Positions 38,918 to 48,312 of a DNA stretch of 64,000 nucleotides are shown here, piece by piece. Location of the stretch: positions 85,018-149,017 of the forward strand of contig JAHFIQ010000003.1 of NCBI GenBank assembly GCA_023246355.1, read 5' to 3'. The position numbers were made by a program, and so were the translations under genes. Position 1 is the first letter of the stretch. Each line of letters begins with the position of its first letter. The stretch comes from Candidatus Uhrbacteria bacterium. Its GTDB lineage: Bacteria > Patescibacteriota > Patescibacteriia > UBA9934 > GWF2-40-263. The notes under the pieces are model-generated. The model made no database searches, was not told the DNA's origin, and saw nothing but the letters and a program-made list of their open reading frames with translations.

Positions 38918-39271
38918 CTACCTTTGAGACTCGCGCAAGGAACACAATTTTTTCCAAAGGATATTGGATGAAGCATCCATTCGCGACCAAGTATCTTCGC
39001 TGATATAAGAAAGTTTTAAAGCGATTTTGAAAGCCGCATGAACTTCAACAAGAGAAGCAAGACCAATAGTAATGTATCTTGAGAATTCTTTTCTACTTCC
39101 ACGTGCAGAACCTTCAGCGAGATTAAGATAGATCGAGTAAGCCGCTCTACGAACCTGACTTGTTAATCCGTACTTCTCCTCAGGAGGAAAGGATGCGGTC
39201 GTTGCATGCACCGCATCAACGAAGGCAAGTATGTCCTTCCCGACCCTCAATTCTTCATATCGAAATCCCAT
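38918..39271 (-). CDS. Four-helix-bundle protein (23S rRNA IVP/Avd-like family)
   Basis: FRYEELRV, FPPEEKYGLTSQVRRAAYSIYLNLAEG, SLVE. Confidence 0.92.
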   Translation of the reverse strand: MGFRYEELRVGKDILAFVDAVHATTASFPPEEKYGLTSQVRRAAYSIYLNLAEGSARGSRKEFSRYITIGLASLVEVHAAFKIALKLSYISEDTWSRMDASSNILWKKLCSLRESQR

Positions 39272-39274
39272 ATT

Positions 39275-39304
39275 CTGTCTACCGTCTACTGTTAACCGTC
39301 TACC
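39275..39304. repeat. Inverted heptamer tandem repeat upstream of the four-helix-bundle gene
   Basis: CTGTCTA CCGTCTA CTGTTAA CCGTCTA, the reverse complement of the array at 38883-38917. Confidence 0.8.
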
Positions 39305-39768
39305 TTTTCAACAACGTCAACCACCGTCGGTTTCTCGATCGACAGATAGTCGCTGTACTTCATGTTGATCGAATCAGTGAGTGAACCCGCGTTGAAGTGT
39401 ATCACGTCATTCTCAGCAAGCCGACGGTCGACGTACGTTTTGAGTCCGATCACAGAACCAAACGGAGGTACGGATCCCTTCACGCAACCCGTGACGGCCT
39501 CGGGCTCAGTGGCAAAACTGATGTTCTCACCCAGAATGGCTTTTGCTTTTTTCCCATCCAACCGCAAATCCGCCGGCATCACAAATAAGACATGCTGCTT
39601 GGTCTTGCTCCCCCGCACCACCAACGCCTTAGCTCCAGCATGTAACGGCACGCCACGAATCCTGGAGGCATCTTCACTCGTATACGTCGGCTCGTGATGA
39701 GCGGTGTGATATTCAGTGCCAGAGGAATCCAGTAGCGATTTAATTTTTTCAAAGATGTGCGTCGACAC
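39292..39768 (-). CDS. YbaK/ProX-family aminoacyl-tRNA editing domain protein
   Basis: HEPTYTSEDA, GAKALVV, GSVPPFG, FNAG. Confidence 0.9.
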   Translation of the reverse strand: MSTHIFEKIKSLLDSSGTEYHTAHHEPTYTSEDASRIRGVPLHAGAKALVVRGSKTKQHVLFVMPADLRLDGKKAKAILGENISFATEPEAVTGCVKGSVPPFGSVIGLKTYVDRRLAENDVIHFNAGSLTDSINMKYSDYLSIEKPTVVDVVEKVDG

Positions 39769-39770
39769 AA

Positions 39771-41669
39771 CTATTCCTTCTTCTCTTGAAACTCCGCATC
39801 AATTGGCTCGTCTTTTTTTTCTTCCTGCCCACCTTCTCCACCTTGTCCACCTGTTCCACCTTGTCCACCTGCCGTTTGATACATCTTCGCACCCACTTTC
39901 TGTGCAGCGGTCGACAACTCGTCGGCGGCTTTCTTGATAGCTTCGTGATCATCACCATCCTTCACGGCCTTGAGCGCAGCAATCTTGTCTTCGATGTCTT
40001 TCTTTTCCTCAGGAGTGGCTTTTTCCCCAGCCTCTTTCATCATTTTCTCCGTTGTGTAAATCATGGTATCTGCTAAATTCTGATGCTCAACCTTTTCTTT
40101 GAGCTTCTTATCTTCCTCTGCATGACTTTCCGCGTCGCGCTTCATGCGTTCCACTTCGTCCTTGGAAAGTCCTGTGGATCCTTGAATGGTAATTTTCTGA
40201 CTCGTACCCGTGCCTTTGTCCGTGGCCGACACATTCAAAATGCCGTTGGCATCAATATCAAACTTCACTTCCACCTGAGGCACGCCGCGAGGTGCCATGG
40301 GGATGCCGGACAAAATAAATCGACCGAGCGTCTTGTTGCCAGACGCCACTTCACGTTCCCCTTGCAGCACATGAATCTCCACCGTTGTCTGGTTGTCTGC
40401 GGCTGTGGAAAAAATTTGTGACTTGCCAGCAGGAATCGTCGTATTGCGTTCAATCAGTTTCGTCATCACGCCACCGAGTGTTTCAATGCCAAACGAGAGT
40501 GGGGTGACATCCAACAGAAGCACGTCTTTCACTTCACCTTGAAGAACGCCCGCTTGCACCGCAGCGCCAAGGGCCACGACTTCGTCTGGATTCACGGTGA
40601 TGTTCGGCTTCTTTCCAAAAAAATCCTCAACGGTTTTTAAGACCAACGGCATGCGGGTCATCCCTCCGACCATGACGATTTCTTCGATCGCTCCCTTGTC
40701 GAGTCCCGCGTCTTTGAGCGCGGCCTTGAGCGGCACGAGTGTTTTGGCAACCAAGTCATGACACAGCTCTTCAAGCTTGCTGCGCGTCATGCTGAGCACC
40801 AAGTGCTTGGGGCCATTTGCATCAGAGGTAATAAACGGCTGGTTGATTTCCGTTTGTGCGGCTGTGGAGAGTTCGATCTTGGCACGCTCAGCCGCATCTT
40901 TCACACGTTGAAGCGCCAGAGAATCCTTGGACAGATCAATCCCCTCTTGCTTCTTGAACTCCTCCAAAATCCAATCAATGATCACGCGATCAAAATCATC
41001 GCCGCCCAGATGGGTATCGCCATTGGTGGATTTGACTTCGACGGTATCTTCAGAAACTTCCAGCACAGACACATCAAACGTGCCGCCACCCAAATCGTAG
41101 ACCACAATTTTCTGACCTTTCTTTTTATCGAAGCCGTAGGCAAGGGCCGCCGCTGTTGGCTCGTTGATGATGCGACGCACCTTGAGACCAGCAATCTCGC
41201 CAGCGGTTTTTGTTGCCGCGCGCTGTGCGTCATCAAAATACGCCGGTACGGTAATAATCGCTTCCTCGATTTTTTCGCCAAGTTTTTCCTCCGCATCCGC
41301 TTTCAATTTTTGCAGCACCATCGCGGAAATTTCCTCAGGCGTGTATTCCTTCTCTGCCATCTTGATCGCGACTCCATCGCCGCGTTTCACAATTTCAAAC
41401 GGCATGACCTTTTGGTCACGCATGACTTCCGCATCGTCAAAACGACGTCCGATCAATCGCTTGATGGAGTACAACGTATTTTTCGGATTGGTGACCGCTT
41501 GTCGTTTGGCTGACAAACCCACAGAGCGTTCACCAGCTTTGTTGACCGAAACCATCGACGGGGTGGTACGGGCGCCTTCTTTGTTTTCCAAAACCTTGGG
41601 CTGACCACCTTCGATGATCGCCACGCACGAGTTGGTTGTTCCAAGATCGATTCCGAGAATTTTTGGCAT
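39771..41669 (-). CDS. dnaK: Chaperone DnaK
   Basis: [41 protein letters not shown]. Confidence 0.99.
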   Translation of the reverse strand: MPKILGIDLGTTNSCVAIIEGGQPKVLENKEGARTTPSMVSVNKAGERSVGLSAKRQAVTNPKNTLYSIKRLIGRRFDDAEVMRDQKVMPFEIVKRGDGVAIKMAEKEYTPEEISAMVLQKLKADAEEKLGEKIEEAIITVPAYFDDAQRAATKTAGEIAGLKVRRIINEPTAAALAYGFDKKKGQKIVVYDLGGGTFDVSVLEVSEDTVEVKSTNGDTHLGGDDFDRVIIDWILEEFKKQEGIDLSKDSLALQRVKDAAERAKIELSTAAQTEINQPFITSDANGPKHLVLSMTRSKLEELCHDLVAKTLVPLKAALKDAGLDKGAIEEIVMVGGMTRMPLVLKTVEDFFGKKPNITVNPDEVVALGAAVQAGVLQGEVKDVLLLDVTPLSFGIETLGGVMTKLIERNTTIPAGKSQIFSTAADNQTTVEIHVLQGEREVASGNKTLGRFILSGIPMAPRGVPQVEVKFDIDANGILNVSATDKGTGTSQKITIQGSTGLSKDEVERMKRDAESHAEEDKKLKEKVEHQNLADTMIYTTEKMMKEAGEKATPEEKKDIEDKIAALKAVKDGDDHEAIKKAADELSTAAQKVGAKMYQTAGGQGGTGGQGGEGGQEEKKDEPIDAEFQEKKE

Positions 41670-41676
41670 ATGGGAA

Positions 41677-41756
41677 AGGTATGTAAGGTAGACTAGGTAG
41701 ATGAGGTGGTAAAGAGGAATTGCACACCTCGGCCACCTTTTCCACCTTAACCACCT
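41677..41756. repeat. Inverted pair of 9-bp-period AGGTRG arrays between grpE and dnaK
   Basis: AGGTRK at 41677/41686/41695/41704; mCACCT at 41724/41733/41742/41751. Confidence 0.85.
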
Positions 41757-42217
41757 AAGTTGTTAATAATCACCTTCGCTGGACGGACAATGCGGTCACC
41801 GAGCTTCCAGCCGCGATGGATGACTTCCAAAATTTGATCATCGAGCGCGCTCTCATCCGTTTTTTCACCAACCGCTTCGCACGACGTGCTATCGAACAGC
41901 TCTCCGGCGTTTCCAAATGCCTCCAGTCCCAGATTTTTCAAAACACCTTCCAGACCCTGTCGTACATGCAGAATGCCTGCGAGCCATTTTTCTATTTCCG
42001 GTGAACCTCCTTCTGGTTTGTGCTTGAGTGCTTGATCGAAATGATCAATCGATTCGATCAGATCGTGGGCGAGAAATTCTTTTGTGCCTTCACGAATGGC
42101 CGTGCGCTCTTTGGCGAGATCTTTTTTGAGATTATCGTAGTCGGCCAAAGCGCGTTTCCATCCTGTGAGATACTCGTCACATTTCACACATGGGTCGATT
42201 GGTGTTTTATCACTCAT
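41747..42217 (-). CDS. grpE: Nucleotide exchange factor GrpE (start corrected to ATG 42217)
   Basis: [33 protein letters not shown]. Confidence 0.95.
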   Translation of the reverse strand: MSDKTPIDPCVKCDEYLTGWKRALADYDNLKKDLAKERTAIREGTKEFLAHDLIESIDHFDQALKHKPEGGSPEIEKWLAGILHVRQGLEGVLKNLGLEAFGNAGELFDSTSCEAVGEKTDESALDDQILEVIHRGWKLGDRIVRPAKVIINNLGG

Positions 42218-42283
42218 AAGACATTTTTCAAAATAAGATGAGATCGGCTTGAACGGGCTGGCAGACGCTGAAAACCTACTCAT

Positions 42284-42411
42284 GGGACCTCTGCAAAACT
42301 CGATGAGATTGCGATGCGCGGGGAAGCCAGCCTCCGAGACGTAGTGAAAACTACGTTGAGGAGGTGGCGGGGCCCCGCAAGTCGCAAGATCGCGAGTTTT
42401 GCAGAGGTCAC
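42284..42411 (+). repeat. ~128-bp structured MITE-like element, copy B (hrcA-grpE spacer)
   Basis: GGGACCTCTGCAAAACTCG ... CGAGTTTTGCAGAGGTCAC. Confidence 0.92.
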
Positions 42412-43100
42412 TATAGTTGTTCAATGACGTTACGCGCTGATTCGACCAAAGCTAAGTTTCGACGATAATTCATTCTGAGTGGCCCGGTGACACCGACAAA
42501 CCCTTCCTCACCACTGTGGATTTGGTAGCGCACCACGACCGTGGCCATCTGTGAACCAAAGGGATTTTCAGAACCGATCCACACATGCGGCTCTTGGCCT
42601 GCACGCGCAAACAATCCCATCAGGAGTTCATCAAATTGATCGATCACATCTGAAAGTTCCATGATGATTGCCAAATTCTGAAAATCCGGTTTGTGAAACA
42701 AATTGGCCACGCCTGAGTAATAGCTCCACTCATCATTGAAGGCGAGAATCGCGGTCTCTCCCGAAACTTCACCAAGCGTTTTGACCACAGACTTCAGCGC
42801 GCTTTGCGTGTTGTCCTCATCGGGAACCGGCAAGGCTTTCACAAGCGTGGAAACTTTTTTCTCCACCAAATGCTTCAGGTAATAAACGTACGCTTTTTCC
42901 GTTGGTACACGACCGGCCGAGGTGTGCGGGGCGACAAGATAGCCTTCGCCCTCAAGTACAGCCATTTCGTTTCGAATCGTGGCAGCGGAAACCCCCAAAT
43001 CAAATTGCTCGTTGAGGACCTTTGAACCAACCGGCTCAGCACAGCGGATGTATTCCTCAATCAGGATCTTTAAAATGAGTTCTTTTCTGGAATCCAGCAT
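42411..43100 (-). CDS. hrcA: Heat-inducible transcription repressor HrcA (short form)
   Basis: EPVGSK, VSAATIRNEM, PHTSAGRVPT, GPLRMNY; CIRCE directly upstream. Confidence 0.95.
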   Translation of the reverse strand: MLDSRKELILKILIEEYIRCAEPVGSKVLNEQFDLGVSAATIRNEMAVLEGEGYLVAPHTSAGRVPTEKAYVYYLKHLVEKKVSTLVKALPVPDEDNTQSALKSVVKTLGEVSGETAILAFNDEWSYYSGVANLFHKPDFQNLAIIMELSDVIDQFDELLMGLFARAGQEPHVWIGSENPFGSQMATVVVRYQIHSGEEGFVGVTGPLRMNYRRNLALVESARNVIEQL

Positions 43101-43108
43101 AAAACAAA

Positions 43109-43135
43109 TTAGCACTCACCATTATAGAGTGCTAA
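43109..43135. promoter_or_regulatory. CIRCE operator
   Basis: Exact TTAGCACTC-N9-GAGTGCTAA. Confidence 0.98.
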
Positions 43136-43148
43136 ATAGGCTTGTCAA
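43121..43148 (-). promoter_or_regulatory. sigma70 promoter of the hrcA-dnaK operon; the -10 box lies in the CIRCE spacer
   Basis: Minus strand TTGACA (43148-43143), N16, TATAAT (43126-43121). Confidence 0.85.
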
Positions 43149-44095
43149 ATGGTGTGCACGACCGCGGCGAGATCACCGGCCTCAGCCCTGCCTGGCCGTG
43201 TGGTTTTTTTCCCAGCTTCATCATCGGCGGAGCGCTGAAGGACATCTTCCGCTTGAAGATCGTCCTGAAGAGTCGAAACCCAGTTTTGGATATCACGTGT
43301 GGTGAGATTGCTCTGCACGGTTCCGTTGACGATGACGAGTCGATCGCCTCTTTGCACATCATAGACATCGACCTCAGGCGTGATGCGTGTACTATTTCTT
43401 CCTGTCACTGAAACCACGTCATGGCGCAGAGGAAACAGTTGCTGATGCTCGTGTGAGAGCTCACTTGGGGAACGCGACTGGTCGATCTGTTCGAAATCCT
43501 CCGATGAAAGAAACCCTGCGTGCATCTGTTGAGTGAGCCCCGTGTCATCCTGAGTCATCTGTGTGAGACGTTCTCCACGAAGAAGATACACTCGAGCATC
43601 ACCCAGATGTGAGAGATATAATCGTTTACGTGCATGGGGAAGATCAACGAGCTTGGCGATCGACGCGCGAAGTCCCGCATGATCAAATTCTTTCTGCACC
43701 ACACTTCGTGACCTCACCTTGGCAATGGTCGGTAAAAAAATTTCCTTGAGTTTTGACTCAACGAGTGCATCGACTCTTGCGATTCGTTCATCCATGGAGC
43801 CTGCGGCGTACAGATTATTTTGAATCTGGCGATCGAGTGAGGCACCAAGATCCTGTGCCACTGTTGAAACCAAATCTTTCGCCACAAGCGAAGCAACTCT
43901 TTCTGATCCACGTCCCTCTGCGACCCCAAATAAGCCGTGTTCAGGATCGTTGAGTTTCGCGACTCCTGGGACGACTTTACGCTGTTCACTTCCTAACTCA
44001 ACACGTCCTTTGAACTCGGGCGCTCCTAAGTTGAATTCCGCTGATCCCCTTCGGTCCAGCGTCTCTTGAACATACGTCATGCCTTGTTCTCTCAT
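43145..44095 (-). CDS. PP2C/PrpC-like protein with degenerate active site
   Basis: HLGDARVYLLRG..LTQMTQDD, GDRLVIV; metal-binding DG motifs replaced (VAEG, VNGT). Confidence 0.75.
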   Translation of the reverse strand: MREQGMTYVQETLDRRGSAEFNLGAPEFKGRVELGSEQRKVVPGVAKLNDPEHGLFGVAEGRGSERVASLVAKDLVSTVAQDLGASLDRQIQNNLYAAGSMDERIARVDALVESKLKEIFLPTIAKVRSRSVVQKEFDHAGLRASIAKLVDLPHARKRLYLSHLGDARVYLLRGERLTQMTQDDTGLTQQMHAGFLSSEDFEQIDQSRSPSELSHEHQQLFPLRHDVVSVTGRNSTRITPEVDVYDVQRGDRLVIVNGTVQSNLTTRDIQNWVSTLQDDLQAEDVLQRSADDEAGKKTTRPGRAEAGDLAAVVHTI

Positions 44096-44117
44096 AGACT
44101 CCCAGTATACCAAATCC

Positions 44118-45773
44118 TTAAACTGTTTTTGTAAGCGTCTGCCAAGATCGCTTGACGGTCTTTTTTTCACGCAGCATCTCGGAAAACTTTTTTCCACTTA
44201 AAACAGGCGGCACAATCACATAGGTAGCACCAAGCTCATAGCAGCGTGCGGCCTCCTGTGCGCTGTGAGCTGAGACAATCACCACGCCCTTGAAGTGCCG
44301 AGCCCGCAGATACGAGAGCAGCGATGTACTGATAAGCACATTGGGAATGGTGGAGATGACCAACCGAGCTTTGGTCACACATAGCTCGTCAAGAAAACTC
44401 TCATCGCCGACATCCCCATACACGGCCGGTTCTTGTAGACTCGCCAGTTCGCGAATCGCCACAGGATCAAAATCCACAACCGTGTACGATTGTTTCATTC
44501 CACGAATCGTCTTTAAGAGCTCAGCGCCGGTCCGATGATACCCAAAAAGCAACACCTGTGTTGGCCGATGTTGAGCCTCCCTCTCCGCGTGCAACATCCT
44601 TCCTGGCTCAAGCCAACGCAAAAGCGGATGAAGGCGTTTGAAAATTCGGTCATTGTGTTCGATCAGAAATGAGCTGGCCGTGATGGTCACCAAACCCACG
44701 GCCGTGGCGAGAACCAGCGCATGTTCATTCACCTGTCCGGCGGCAATTCCGGCAATAATCACGATGAACGAGAATTCAGAAATTTGCGCCACGGTCGTGC
44801 CAGCCAGAAATCCGGTCCGTGGATGATAGCCCAGGAGCCGCATGATGATCATCATAATCAGTGGATTGCCGATGAGCACATAGAGACTCAGCACGATGGT
44901 TGGAATCAAAAGCGTACTCAGGTTTTCAAATCCCAGACGGGTGCCAAGCACGATAAAGAAGATAATAAGAAAAAAATCTCGCAAGGGTCGAATACGCGCA
45001 TTGATTTCCCTCTCGTACAAGGAACCCGAAAGCGTGATCCCAGCGATGAGCGCACCCATTTCGATCCCAAAGCCCAGAGCAACCAAGGCGCTCGCAAGTA
45101 AAAAGCACCAGGCAACAGCAAAAACGGAAAGCAGTTCCTGGGACTTGGCAACCTCGCGCAACAGAGGCGGCAGGATTTTCGTGGAAACAAGCCACAGGGC
45201 AGGAATAAGCAGCGCGACCTTCACAAGAGTCGTGGCGGTAACGGTTTCAAGGCTGGCACCCGTGTTGATGGTCGAGAGGCCCAGGAGGATGAGCATCGCG
45301 ATAAAATCTTGCACCAACAAAAATCCAACGCTGATACGGCCGTAGAGCGTGTCCAGATCCTGTTTGTCCATGAGGAGCTTCACGATGATGATCGTGCTGG
45401 AAAACGAAAAAGCAACAGCGATGTACAGACTCGTCATCGCATCAAACCCAAGCGATGCGGTGATCACAAACCCAACAATCGACGTCACGATGACCTGCGC
45501 CATGCCAGTGGCCAGCGCGATGCCCCCCACGTCACGGACGTTTCTCCAGTTGAGACCGAGCCCGACCGTGAACAACAAAAATGCCACACCGATTTGCGAC
45601 AGGACATCAAAAACGGCAGGTGAACGGGTGAGCGCAAAAACGCCTGGGCCAACCAAGATGCCTGTGATGATATAGGCGATGATGAGCGGCTGACGCAGTC
45701 GATGCACGATGAGTGCAACCGCTGCGGCGATGATCAAAATCACCCCGATCTCAAAAAAAAGTTCCTCCAGCAT
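44118..45773 (-). CDS. CPA2-family cation/H+ antiporter with C-terminal KTN domain (Kef-like)
   Basis: QPLIIAYI.TG, FLLFTVGL, FSSTII, LLVQD, AQISEFSF, FGYHRTG, YGD. Confidence 0.93.
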   Translation of the reverse strand: MLEELFFEIGVILIIAAAVALIVHRLRQPLIIAYIITGILVGPGVFALTRSPAVFDVLSQIGVAFLLFTVGLGLNWRNVRDVGGIALATGMAQVIVTSIVGFVITASLGFDAMTSLYIAVAFSFSSTIIIVKLLMDKQDLDTLYGRISVGFLLVQDFIAMLILLGLSTINTGASLETVTATTLVKVALLIPALWLVSTKILPPLLREVAKSQELLSVFAVAWCFLLASALVALGFGIEMGALIAGITLSGSLYEREINARIRPLRDFFLIIFFIVLGTRLGFENLSTLLIPTIVLSLYVLIGNPLIMMIIMRLLGYHPRTGFLAGTTVAQISEFSFIVIIAGIAAGQVNEHALVLATAVGLVTITASSFLIEHNDRIFKRLHPLLRWLEPGRMLHAEREAQHRPTQVLLFGYHRTGAELLKTIRGMKQSYTVVDFDPVAIRELASLQEPAVYGDVGDESFLDELCVTKARLVISTIPNVLISTSLLSYLRARHFKGVVIVSAHSAQEAARCYELGATYVIVPPVLSGKKFSEMLREKKTVKRSWQTLTKTV

Positions 45774-45831
45774 GGCAGAAGTATACCATGGGTTGAAAAA
45801 CAGAAACGAATGTGATACATTTTGCGCCGTT

Positions 45832-47289
45832 ATGGGAGCTGGAAATGTCATCGTACGATTTGAAGATGTGTCCTTTGGATACCAACGCGAGAACCCCATT
45901 CTCGATGAGGCGAGTTTTTCGGTTCGCGAAGATGTGAAGCTCACGCTCATGGGACAAAATGGTGCGGGCAAAAGTACCATCTTCAAACTCATCACAGGGG
46001 AATTGAAAGCAGACAAAGGCAACGTTCATATCCTTCCTGGAAAGACCATCGCCACTGCCAAGCAAGTCATGGCGCGTGAACACCTGACTGAATCTGTCCG
46101 CGACTATTTTGGTCACGCGTTTGTTGACGTGCCATACAACCTCGATAAAAAAATCAAAGACGTTCTGGAGGTTGTGAATCTCACAGCCCCCCTTGAAAAA
46201 CCCGTCGGTGATTTTTCTGGTGGACAACAGGCGCGGCTGTTGTTGGCGTTTGCGCTCATCCAGGAACCAGACATCTTGCTCTTGGACGAACCTACAAACA
46301 ATCTGGATCGCGACGGCATCGATCATCTCACCATGTTTCTCATTCTCTATCCCAAAACCGTGCTCGTCATTTCTCACGACGCGGATTTCTTAAACAGCTT
46401 CACTGAAGGCGTGCTCCATCTGGATGTCTTCACAGGCAAAGTGGAAAAATACGATGGCAACTACACGGACGTGGTAGAAGAAATCGCTGCACGCGTTGAA
46501 CGTGACCGTGCAAAAAATGCCCAGCTTCTCAAAACCATTCAAGATCGAAAAGACAAAGTCAATTTTTTTGCACACAAAGGTGGCAAGATGCGTAAACTTG
46601 CAAGCAAACTTCGTGAAGAAGTAGCCGAGGCCGAAGAAAATATGGTCGATGTCCGCCGCGACGACCGAACGATCACAAATTTTACCATTCCCTGCCAGGC
46701 GTTCACTGAACCGATCGTCAAAATTACGGGAGTGAAAGTCATCCAAAACCACGAGCCGCATCACGTCAAAATCGATCTTGAACTCCGTCGCAGAAATCAC
46801 CTCCTGATCGCGGGCCCAAACGGGATCGGCAAAAGCACATTGCTTCGATCACTCGCCGAGGGAAAAAATCCTGACGCGGTCATCACACCAGGTGTGAAGG
46901 TCGGCTACTACAAACAGGATTTCTCTGGACTTGATTTTGCAAAAACGGCCTATGCTTCACTAGAGGAAGTCATGGATCAACCTGACAACGAAACCATTCG
47001 ACGCACGGGCGCACGATTTCTCTTGGACGGCGATGCTCTTGCCACACCAGTGGGCGCCCTCTCTGAAGGCCAAAAAGGATTGCTCTGCTTTGCACGATTC
47101 GTCCTGCAAGAACCAGGCCTGCTCATCTTCGACGAACCAACCAACCACATCAATTTCCGCCACCTCCCGGTTATCGCCCGCGCTTTGAACGACTTTGAAG
47201 GCTGCCTCATCGTGGTCAGCCACGCCGAGGATTTTGTGAAGCAGATTCGATTTGACCAGACGCTGGATCTCTCGTCCTTGATAAAATAG
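45832..47289 (+). CDS. ABC-F family ATPase
   Basis: Two NBDs (GQNGAGKST, GPNGIGKST; LDEPTNNLD, FDEPTNH) and no TM segments. Confidence 0.93.
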   Translation: MGAGNVIVRFEDVSFGYQRENPILDEASFSVREDVKLTLMGQNGAGKSTIFKLITGELKADKGNVHILPGKTIATAKQVMAREHLTESVRDYFGHAFVDVPYNLDKKIKDVLEVVNLTAPLEKPVGDFSGGQQARLLLAFALIQEPDILLLDEPTNNLDRDGIDHLTMFLILYPKTVLVISHDADFLNSFTEGVLHLDVFTGKVEKYDGNYTDVVEEIAARVERDRAKNAQLLKTIQDRKDKVNFFAHKGGKMRKLASKLREEVAEAEENMVDVRRDDRTITNFTIPCQAFTEPIVKITGVKVIQNHEPHHVKIDLELRRRNHLLIAGPNGIGKSTLLRSLAEGKNPDAVITPGVKVGYYKQDFSGLDFAKTAYASLEEVMDQPDNETIRRTGARFLLDGDALATPVGALSEGQKGLLCFARFVLQEPGLLIFDEPTNHINFRHLPVIARALNDFEGCLIVVSHAEDFVKQIRFDQTLDLSSLIK

Positions 47290-47293
47290 TCGT

Positions 47294-47420
47294 GAGACCC
47301 CTGCAAAACTCGATGAGATTGCGGTGCGCGGGGAAGCCAGCCACCGAGGCGTAGCGATAGCTACGTTGAGGTGGTGGCGGGGCCCGCAAGCCGCAAGATC
47401 GCGAGTTTTGCAGGGGTCTC
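47294..47420 (+). repeat. ~127-bp structured MITE-like element, copy C
   Basis: GAGACCCCTGCAAAACTCG ... CGAGTTTTGCAGGGGTCTC. Confidence 0.92.
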
Positions 47421-47461
47421 TTGTATTGACAACATCACTACATCTGCTACCCTGGTATTAT

Positions 47462-47740
47462 ATGACAACGGTGCAAGTTCGTATTGATGAAAAAACAAAA
47501 CGCGAAGCCAAGCGTGTGCTGGACGGTCTTGGCATTGACATGAGTGGCGCCATCAAACTCTACCTCCGCCAAATTTCTCTGCACCGAGGGATTCCACTGC
47601 CTCTGAGAACAAAAAATGGGTTAACACCTCAACAAGAAGTTGAGATTCTCACCGCGTCAAGTGAGGCAAAAGAAGGAAAAAACGTTTCAAAAAAAATGAG
47701 TCCTCGTCAGGCTCTCGACTATCTGAATTCACTCTCATGA
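47462..47740 (+). CDS. RelB/DinJ-family antitoxin
   Basis: VQVRIDEKTK.EA..VL..LGIDMSGAIKLYLRQI...GIP. Confidence 0.92.
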   Translation: MTTVQVRIDEKTKREAKRVLDGLGIDMSGAIKLYLRQISLHRGIPLPLRTKNGLTPQQEVEILTASSEAKEGKNVSKKMSPRQALDYLNSLS

Positions 47741-48000
47741 AAATTCAGTTTCACAAACGTTTTGAAAAACGTTTCCAACGACTCCCACCGCACTTGAAGC
47801 ACAAGGCAACGGAAGCCATCAATCGGTTCATGACAGATCCGTTCCATCCACTTTTACGGAATCACGCTCTCACAGGACGCATGAATGGAAAACGTGCATT
47901 TTATGTTTCGGCAAACGTTCGAATCATTTTTGAGGAACTGGATGGTTACACGCTGATTCTTCTCCTTGATATCGGATCTCACGAGATGGTTTACCGGTAA
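47737..48000 (+). CDS. RelE/YafQ-family toxin
   Basis: FHKRFEKRF, PLLRNHALTG, DIGSHEMVY; ATGA overlap with the antitoxin. Confidence 0.92.
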   Translation: MKIQFHKRFEKRFQRLPPHLKHKATEAINRFMTDPFHPLLRNHALTGRMNGKRAFYVSANVRIIFEELDGYTLILLLDIGSHEMVYR

Positions 48001-48056
48001 AAGATTCCCTTGATCCGACTGGCATTGTTATGCTACGCTTCGCCGCACCAAAAGAC

Positions 48057-48131
48057 GGCCCCATCGTCTAACGGTTAGGACGGCAGGTTCTCATCCTGCA
48101 AACCGGGGTTCGATTCCCCGTGGGGTCACCA
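48057..48131 (+). tRNA. tRNA-Glu(CTC)
   Basis: Cloverleaf with GCAGG-TT-CTC-AT-CCTGC anticodon arm, GGTTCGATTCC T-arm and encoded CCA. Confidence 0.97.
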
Positions 48132-48165
48132 ACTAAAACACCTGAGTTTTCTCGGGTGTTTTAGT

Positions 48166-48312
48166 TGGTGACCTAAGCACATGCCCTGCGGCATGTGCGT
48201 GGGGAATCGAACGCCGGAGCCATATGCGGCCAGCAGGCCGCATGGCGAGGCGGTGCCCAGCCCGAGCCGCTGCAGCGGCGAGAGGCGCGGGCGATTCCCC
48301 GTGGGGTCACCA
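48166..48312. repeat. Inverted and direct copies of the tRNA-Glu 3' end, separated by nested hairpins
   Basis: TGGTGACC..GGGGAATCGAAC (inverted, split) and CGATTCCCCGTGGGGTCACCA at 48292-48312 (identical to 48111-48131). Confidence 0.85.

Noticed and set aside
38918-39271. Diversity-generating retroelement suggested by the Avd-like protein
   Set aside because: No reverse transcriptase and no TR/VR pair differing at adenines was seen in the window.
20764-41756. CRISPR array suggested by the periodic repeats
   Set aside because: Units are 7-9 bp without unique spacers, and there are no cas genes.
48111-48312. Prophage or ICE integrated at tRNA-Glu
   Set aside because: The direct repeats are only about 160 bp apart and no integrase or phage genes are present.
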